The notes beneath the pieces were generated by a model. It was not told the DNA's origin, made no database searches, and was given only the letters and a program-made list of their open reading frames with translations. Made by a program: the position numbers and the translations under genes. Positions 16,167-21,268 of a stretch of 21,268 nucleotides of DNA are shown piece after piece. This DNA comes from Candidatus Hydrothermarchaeota archaeon (GTDB lineage Archaea; CAYFZR01): NCBI GenBank assembly GCA_046760505.1, contig JBHIEG010000026.1:1-21268 (forward strand), written 5' to 3'. Within the stretch, counting starts at the first letter, position 1. Every line of letters begins with the position of its first letter.

Positions 16167-16240
16167 GGGCCCGTGGTCTAGCAGGTTATGACGCCACGCT
16201 CACACCGTGGAGATCGGGCGTTCGAATCGCCCCGGGCCCA
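16167..16240 (+). tRNA. tRNA-Val (CAC)
   Basis: Acceptor stem GGGCCCG/CGGGCCC with discriminator A, anticodon arm CCACG-CTCACAC-CGTGG and T arm GGGCG-TTCGAAT-CGCCC; no intron, no encoded CCA. Confidence 0.96.
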
Positions 16241-16296
16241 CTCAGTTTTATAAAGATCAATTTTTGCTAGCTTTTCGAGTTTATTTCCCTTCATCC

Positions 16297-17328
16297 TTAT
16301 TTGTACCATTCTAAACTCTCTGCAACGTACTCAATAAAACCCACAAAGAATTCCTTGGTTTCCTCGGAGAGAGATGTCCCTTTTATTAATTCAACTGCCT
16401 TCTTTGCATGAGTCCTGGAATTCTCTTTGGCTTTTTCCAGAGCACCGCTCTTTTTTATGATTTCCTTGATTTCTTCTATCTCCTCTTTTGTCATATCGCC
16501 TTTCAACCTCAATTTATCTAAATTTTCTCCTCTAGAGAGTTCAAAGGCGTATACGGTATGCAGGGGTTTTTTTCCCAAAATAATATCTCCGGTCGGCTCT
16601 CTGCCGTACTCTTCTTTGCTCGCGAAACTTCCTATTATGTCATCTTGTATATCAAAGGAGTATCCTATGTGAGAGGCTGCATCTTTCAATTTAAGAATAT
16701 CTTCCCTAGGAGCTTCTCCTAAAATCGCTCCAGTTAAAATCGTGCAGTGGAAAAGAGATGCTGCTCTTTTACTAGCCATCACATACCATTCTTCTTTGCT
16801 GGGCTCCTTCCATTCAAAGAGAAGATCGAGAATTTGGCTTTCATTTACCCGCTGATAGTCTCTTGCAAATAACTTGAGCGTTTCTTTTATCAATTCGTCT
16901 TTGAAGCCAGAATTTTGGATCGCTTGAATACTCAATGCGTACATAATATTTCCCATGAATATGGCAAGCCCCTCTCCAAACCTCTCATTGTACTCCTCGT
17001 ATATTTTGTGAAATGCTTTACCTCCTCTTCTTAAAATATCTCTGTCGACCAAATCATCATGTGCGAGAATGCTGTGTCTGTACAGTTCGATTCCTACGCA
17101 CACGTCTAGGATTTCCTCATTGATCTCGTTGGTGTATCCTTTATAAGTTAACAACGTACTGCAAGAGGCTAATCTCTTTCCCTTTCTTAGCACATATTCT
17201 TGGAGATGCGAATATGCATCAAATATGAACGGATGATAGTCCCTTGCCTCATCTAAGAGATTTGCAAAGTATTTTTCCAGTCTTTTATTTATCATCTCAG
17301 TGTAGTCCTCTAACAGTTTTTCGTACAT
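16297..17328 (-). CDS. trans-Polyprenyl diphosphate synthase (IdsA/GGPPS family)
   Basis: GKRL, FARM HDDLVDRD.LRRG, Q.LD, SARM FDIQDDIIG and GDI..GK. Confidence 0.9.
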   Translation of the reverse strand: MYEKLLEDYTEMINKRLEKYFANLLDEARDYHPFIFDAYSHLQEYVLRKGKRLASCSTLLTYKGYTNEINEEILDVCVGIELYRHSILAHDDLVDRDILRRGGKAFHKIYEEYNERFGEGLAIFMGNIMYALSIQAIQNSGFKDELIKETLKLFARDYQRVNESQILDLLFEWKEPSKEEWYVMASKRAASLFHCTILTGAILGEAPREDILKLKDAASHIGYSFDIQDDIIGSFASKEEYGREPTGDIILGKKPLHTVYAFELSRGENLDKLRLKGDMTKEEIEEIKEIIKKSGALEKAKENSRTHAKKAVELIKGTSLSEETKEFFVGFIEYVAESLEWYK

Positions 17329-17343
17329 TTTTTCACCTCTATC

Positions 17344-18618
17344 CTAAGTGGTCAAAAGCACACCAAGAAACTTAGCATAGTTCATTAAGTCATCTATTCT
17401 AACATTTTCATTCGCCGCGTGATCCTTGCTCTCCAAAAGTCTTCCCACACCATAGCAGCATACAGGAATTCCTGCTTTTTGGATAGCATAGGCTACGTCA
17501 AGACTTCCCTGTGCTCCAACAAGTTCTAATTCCTCTCCTCTCACATGACTTGCTATTCTCTGAACCTTCTTTGTCCATGGATGATTCGGATCGGTATACA
17601 TAGGTGGATAGAGTTCTTCATAGGTCCATCTAAATTCCAAATCAGGATCTCTTTCTCTCGATCTTTTTAAAGCCTCCTCGATTTCTGATACAACGTCTTC
17701 AATTCTTTCCTCTGGAATATACCTTCGATCTCCTTTCAGAATGCATTTGTCCGGTATTATGTTTTCCTTTATCCCGGCGTTTATCATGGTTATGTTCAGA
17801 ACAGGTATGACGTTTTTCAAATCGACCTTATCTCTTATGGCAGGAGTGCTGGGCAACCTAGATTTTCTCTTTTCTAGAACAGATTTCAGGTTAATGAATT
17901 CTTCCATAATGACCTTGGCTTTTTCTATTGGGTTAACGCCAAGAAAACTGCTACCACTGTGCCAGGATCTTCCATATACCTCTATACACCAGTTTATGAC
18001 TCCATTTGTACCGATTGTTATTGCATCGCCACTGCCATCCATGCTCAAAAAGTAATCCCCCTCCAAAATTCCCTCATCTGCGAAGTAACAGAGGCCAGAG
18101 TATGGACCGACCTCTTCGTCTGTAACAAGTACCACCCTAACATTGTATTTCAGTTCAATGCCTTTCTCCTCTATTGCGCTGAGAGCAGTCAGGAGTGCTG
18201 CTATCCCCGACTTTGAGTCAGAGGCGCCTCTCCCATAGATTCTGCTATCTTTTACCACTCCCTCAAATGGAGGCACATCCCATCCAGATCCGGGAGGGAC
18301 GACATCCAGATGGGTTGATACTATAACTGTCTCTTTAGCCTCTGTTTTAAGAAAGGCATGCAGGTTTACTCTCTTTCCTTTGAGTGATGGATTTTTCTCT
18401 CTCTGTCTTTTTTCAAAAATATCATCCGGCATTATAATCTTTTCGGCTTCAAATCCGAGACCCTCAAATTTTGGTATCAAAAAATCACATATTTCTTCGT
18501 ATTTGTCTCCCGGAGGAACTACGGTAGGATACTTGATAAGATCCCTTAACATTTTTATGGTCTGATTTCTCCTCCCTTCTATCTCAACCAGAGTATTTTC
18601 TTTCCCCATCTTAATCAC
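17344..18618 (-). CDS. M20 metallopeptidase, ArgE/DapE-family deacylase
   Basis: HLDVVP, YGRGASDSK, TDEE, G.SWH, KENIIP, DRR.IP and DHAANE. Confidence 0.9.
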   Translation of the reverse strand: MIKMGKENTLVEIEGRRNQTIKMLRDLIKYPTVVPPGDKYEEICDFLIPKFEGLGFEAEKIIMPDDIFEKRQREKNPSLKGKRVNLHAFLKTEAKETVIVSTHLDVVPPGSGWDVPPFEGVVKDSRIYGRGASDSKSGIAALLTALSAIEEKGIELKYNVRVVLVTDEEVGPYSGLCYFADEGILEGDYFLSMDGSGDAITIGTNGVINWCIEVYGRSWHSGSSFLGVNPIEKAKVIMEEFINLKSVLEKRKSRLPSTPAIRDKVDLKNVIPVLNITMINAGIKENIIPDKCILKGDRRYIPEERIEDVVSEIEEALKRSRERDPDLEFRWTYEELYPPMYTDPNHPWTKKVQRIASHVRGEELELVGAQGSLDVAYAIQKAGIPVCCYGVGRLLESKDHAANENVRIDDLMNYAKFLGVLLTT

Positions 18619-18723
18619 ATGTTAAAACGTTGGCGGCAACATTTAAATATGTATTTTCAAACAATTCTCAAAAGAAAAGAGATTGATGTGAGAATATATT
18701 TTAAAATTAGAATTAAATGAGGA

Positions 18724-20583
18724 ATGGTTGGTAATTTGGTGAAAGAGGAAAAGGTGTCCCCGAGAAAAGGGTCTATGAGGAATCTCACATCCATATATTG
18801 TTCTCTCCGCGACATCACAAAGGAAAGATGGTTTAAGGTAGATATGCTCGCAATTTTAGCAGGTCTAGCCGGTGGAATCGGTGCTATCGTATTCAGAGGA
18901 ATGATAGCAATAAATCAAAAGATATTCTTCGGCACAATTCTCCCTGAAATTTCTCTTTTCGCAGGCAATCACAACCTAAGTTTAATACTTCTGCCTGCCC
19001 TAGGGGGATTGATAATAGGCCCCATAATTTACAAAGTCAGTCCAGAAACAAAGGGACATGGCGTTCCTGAGGTTATGGAGGCTTTAAGCCTGAGGGGTGG
19101 TAGAATCAGAACAAGAGTTGCCTTTGTCAAGATCATTGTATCTTCCATCACAATAGGTTCCGGGGGGAGCGCAGGAAGAGAAGGACCCATTGCACAGATA
19201 GGATCTTCAGTGGGCTCTATAATAGCACAGAGATATAAGCTAACAGAGAGAGATGTTAGATTGCTCGTTGTCTGTGGGGCAGCATCTGGAATAGCTGCGA
19301 CTTTTAACGCTCCGTTGGGAGGAGTTTTGTTTGGATTAGAAGTCCTACACAGGAGAATAGAACCCTTGGATGCCATACCAATTTTGCTTGCATCTGTAAT
19401 TGGAACCTCCGTGGCAATAAGCGTACTGGGACCAAATCCCTCTTTAGTAGTGCCTCCTTTTCCGTTTCCTAGGGTTCAAGAACTAGGCTTGTACCTTATA
19501 TTCGGCCTGATATTCGGTTTAATCTCTTTTATCTGGGTAAAAATTTTCTACTTAGTCGAGGATTTCTTCGATGAGATAAAATTTATCCCTCCCCAGTACA
19601 GGCTTGCAGTAGGGGGCATCTTTGTGGGAATATTTGGAATCATATCAATGAGTATAATTGGAATAAACTACGGAGGAACAAACAATCCTGAAATAATGAG
19701 GTTAATAAATGACAACATAATGGGAGTCGGATACGGCGGCATGGAACTAGCAATTGCAGGCGGTTTGCCTTTAGCCCTCTTACTTGTCCTTGGATTGCTA
19801 AAAATATGTTCAACATCATTTACAATAGGTTCTGGGGGTAGCGGAGGAATATTCGCGCCCTCTCTTTACATAGGATCAATGCTTGGTGGAGCCATGGGTT
19901 TGACCTTTCACAACCTTTTCCCTCATCTTGTTAAGACTCCTACCGCATACTGTCTGGTTGGAATGGGCGCTCTATTTGCTGGTGCAGCAAGTGCCCCACT
20001 AACTTGCATAATATTCATTCCTGAGATGGCAAAGAACTTCAACCTGTTTCTCCCTCTAATGTTGGCTTGCTCAACTAGCTATGCGGTATCGCACGTCTTG
20101 CTGAAGGGGTCTTCCATCTACACACTCAAGTTTGAGAGAAGGGGAGTAAAAATAAGGGAAGAATGGGCTCCCACTCTTGAAAAGATTAAGGTGGAGGATG
20201 CCATGAACACTAATCTGATTACAGTATCTCAAAATAGGTGTTTAGCAGATCTTCACGATATAATGCTGGAAAAACACCATCTTGGTTATCCTGTGGTTGA
20301 TGGCAATCGACTGGTAGGTATAATTACATTCGACGACTTAATTAAGATACCCTTAGAGAGGAGAGATAAGGTCCTGATCTCAGAAATCATGAGCAAAAAC
20401 CTTATTGTTACTTACCCAGATGAATCTTTACAAAAAGCATTAGATAAGTTACATAAAAACGACATCGGTAGGTTACCGGTAGTTGACAGAAAAAATCCAG
20501 ATAAACTGATTGGAATTATAACAAGATCCGACATCCTTCGCGCATTGGAGATTGCAGTCTCAAGGGAACGTGAAATGCACTGA
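18724..20583 (+). CDS. CLC-family anion channel/transporter with a C-terminal CBS pair
   Basis: GHGVPEV, GGSAGREGP, FNAPLGG, GGIFAP and SIY motifs, followed by two CBS repeats (GYPVVD..LVGIIT; RLPVVD...LIGIITRSD). Confidence 0.93.
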   Translation: MVGNLVKEEKVSPRKGSMRNLTSIYCSLRDITKERWFKVDMLAILAGLAGGIGAIVFRGMIAINQKIFFGTILPEISLFAGNHNLSLILLPALGGLIIGPIIYKVSPETKGHGVPEVMEALSLRGGRIRTRVAFVKIIVSSITIGSGGSAGREGPIAQIGSSVGSIIAQRYKLTERDVRLLVVCGAASGIAATFNAPLGGVLFGLEVLHRRIEPLDAIPILLASVIGTSVAISVLGPNPSLVVPPFPFPRVQELGLYLIFGLIFGLISFIWVKIFYLVEDFFDEIKFIPPQYRLAVGGIFVGIFGIISMSIIGINYGGTNNPEIMRLINDNIMGVGYGGMELAIAGGLPLALLLVLGLLKICSTSFTIGSGGSGGIFAPSLYIGSMLGGAMGLTFHNLFPHLVKTPTAYCLVGMGALFAGAASAPLTCIIFIPEMAKNFNLFLPLMLACSTSYAVSHVLLKGSSIYTLKFERRGVKIREEWAPTLEKIKVEDAMNTNLITVSQNRCLADLHDIMLEKHHLGYPVVDGNRLVGIITFDDLIKIPLERRDKVLISEIMSKNLIVTYPDESLQKALDKLHKNDIGRLPVVDRKNPDKLIGIITRSDILRALEIAVSREREMH

Positions 20584-20592
20584 GGAAATCGT

Positions 20593-21096
20593 ATGTGGAA
20601 AATTATTGAAGAAATATTTGATCCATATCCGGCTCAAAAAAGGGTTGTCCAATTATTGCTGGAAAGAGGATTCCAAGTTAGAGAGGACGAAAAAATTGTA
20701 TGCGGAAATATTGAGATACCCCACACGCAGATAGCAAAAGAAGCCGGTGTTGACAGGCGGGTAGTTGATGCTACTGCAAGGAAGATCCTTGAAAATGATC
20801 TTCTCCGCAGGATCTTCACCTACATAAGATCAATCGCTTTTTTAAGAGACGTAGCCATCCAGCTTGGACACGGAGTTATTGAAATCTCAGTTAAAGATGC
20901 AAGAAAACCCGGCATAATTGGAAGTATAAGTACAAAGATCGCAGAACATGGCATAAGCATCAGACAGGCAGTCGCTGACGATCCAGAATTGAGTGACGAT
21001 CCGAAGTTTACCATAATAACCAATGAACCCATCTCAAGCAGAGTTATAGAGGAATTGAAGAAGATTCCAAACATAAAGAGCCTAACCATCTATTAA
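20593..21096 (+). CDS. ACT-domain amino-acid-binding regulator (COG2150-like)
   Basis: YPAQ..V, HTH-like IAKEAGVDRRVV and ACT motif PGIIG.I...IA..GISIRQ....DPE. Confidence 0.85.
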   Translation: MWKIIEEIFDPYPAQKRVVQLLLERGFQVREDEKIVCGNIEIPHTQIAKEAGVDRRVVDATARKILENDLLRRIFTYIRSIAFLRDVAIQLGHGVIEISVKDARKPGIIGSISTKIAEHGISIRQAVADDPELSDDPKFTIITNEPISSRVIEELKKIPNIKSLTIY

Positions 21097-21106
21097 AGAA
21101 GCGAAC

Positions 21107-21260
21107 CCATTGTAAATTTCTAGAAGGGGGTTTTAAAGTATTTTATACTGTATTCACACTATTTTAACCTATCACCCCCTTTCTAAACCCCCATATGAGA
21201 AATGGAGAAGGTATCTCAGTCCAAATTGTCCTATCTTACCCTATCACCTCTTTACACCCC
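21107..21260. other. ORB-like element plus G/C-string repeats (candidate replication-origin region)
   Basis: CCATTGTAAAT-N8-GGGGGT at 21107-21131, an AT-rich spacer, an inverted copy of its G-string end (ACCCCCTTTCTA) at 21174-21185, and imperfect direct repeats CCTATCACC...CCCC at 21168 and 21240. Confidence 0.35.
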
Positions 21261-21268
21261 TTATAAAA

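Noticed and set aside
1307-21089. Short antisense or alternative-frame ORFs (e.g. 2109-2333, 2980-3234, 9430-9774, 9891-10229, 11503-11943, 13786-14010, 17741-18055, 19029-19376, 20820-21089)
   Set aside because: They lie within or mostly overlap well-supported genes, have shadow-ORF composition (Ser/Phe/Ile-rich) and show no recognisable motifs.

Overview
AT-rich archaeal chromosomal segment, identified by GGTGA/GAGG ribosome-binding sites, CCA-less tRNAs, ThiDN, archaeal ThrRS editing domains and an eS26-like domain. The left part holds a GH57 glycoside hydrolase and then a sulfur-trafficking locus: two divergently transcribed DsrE/F/H (TusD/C/B-like) triplets, TusA, a 2x[4Fe-4S] ferredoxin and a shortened aldehyde:ferredoxin oxidoreductase-like protein with degenerate cofactor motifs. 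Next come a nitrilase-family hydrolase, two tandem free-standing ThrRS editing domains (one canonical, one degenerate and Cys-rich), a threonine-synthase-like enzyme coupled to a ubiquitin-like sulfur carrier, a TatD-like hydrolase and ThiDN. The middle holds an eS26-like zinc ribbon fused to two predicted Ig-like domains, a class I/II deacetylase, tRNA-Gly(GCC), a three-gene exported membrane-anchored cluster with redox-type Cys pairs, and tRNA-Val(CAC). The right part holds a polyprenyl synthase, an M20 hydrolase, a CLC-CBS protein, an ACT-domain regulator and an ORB-like, G-string-rich intergenic region at the window edge. No transposase, integrase or CRISPR array was seen. All family calls come from motif recognition by eye, not database searches.
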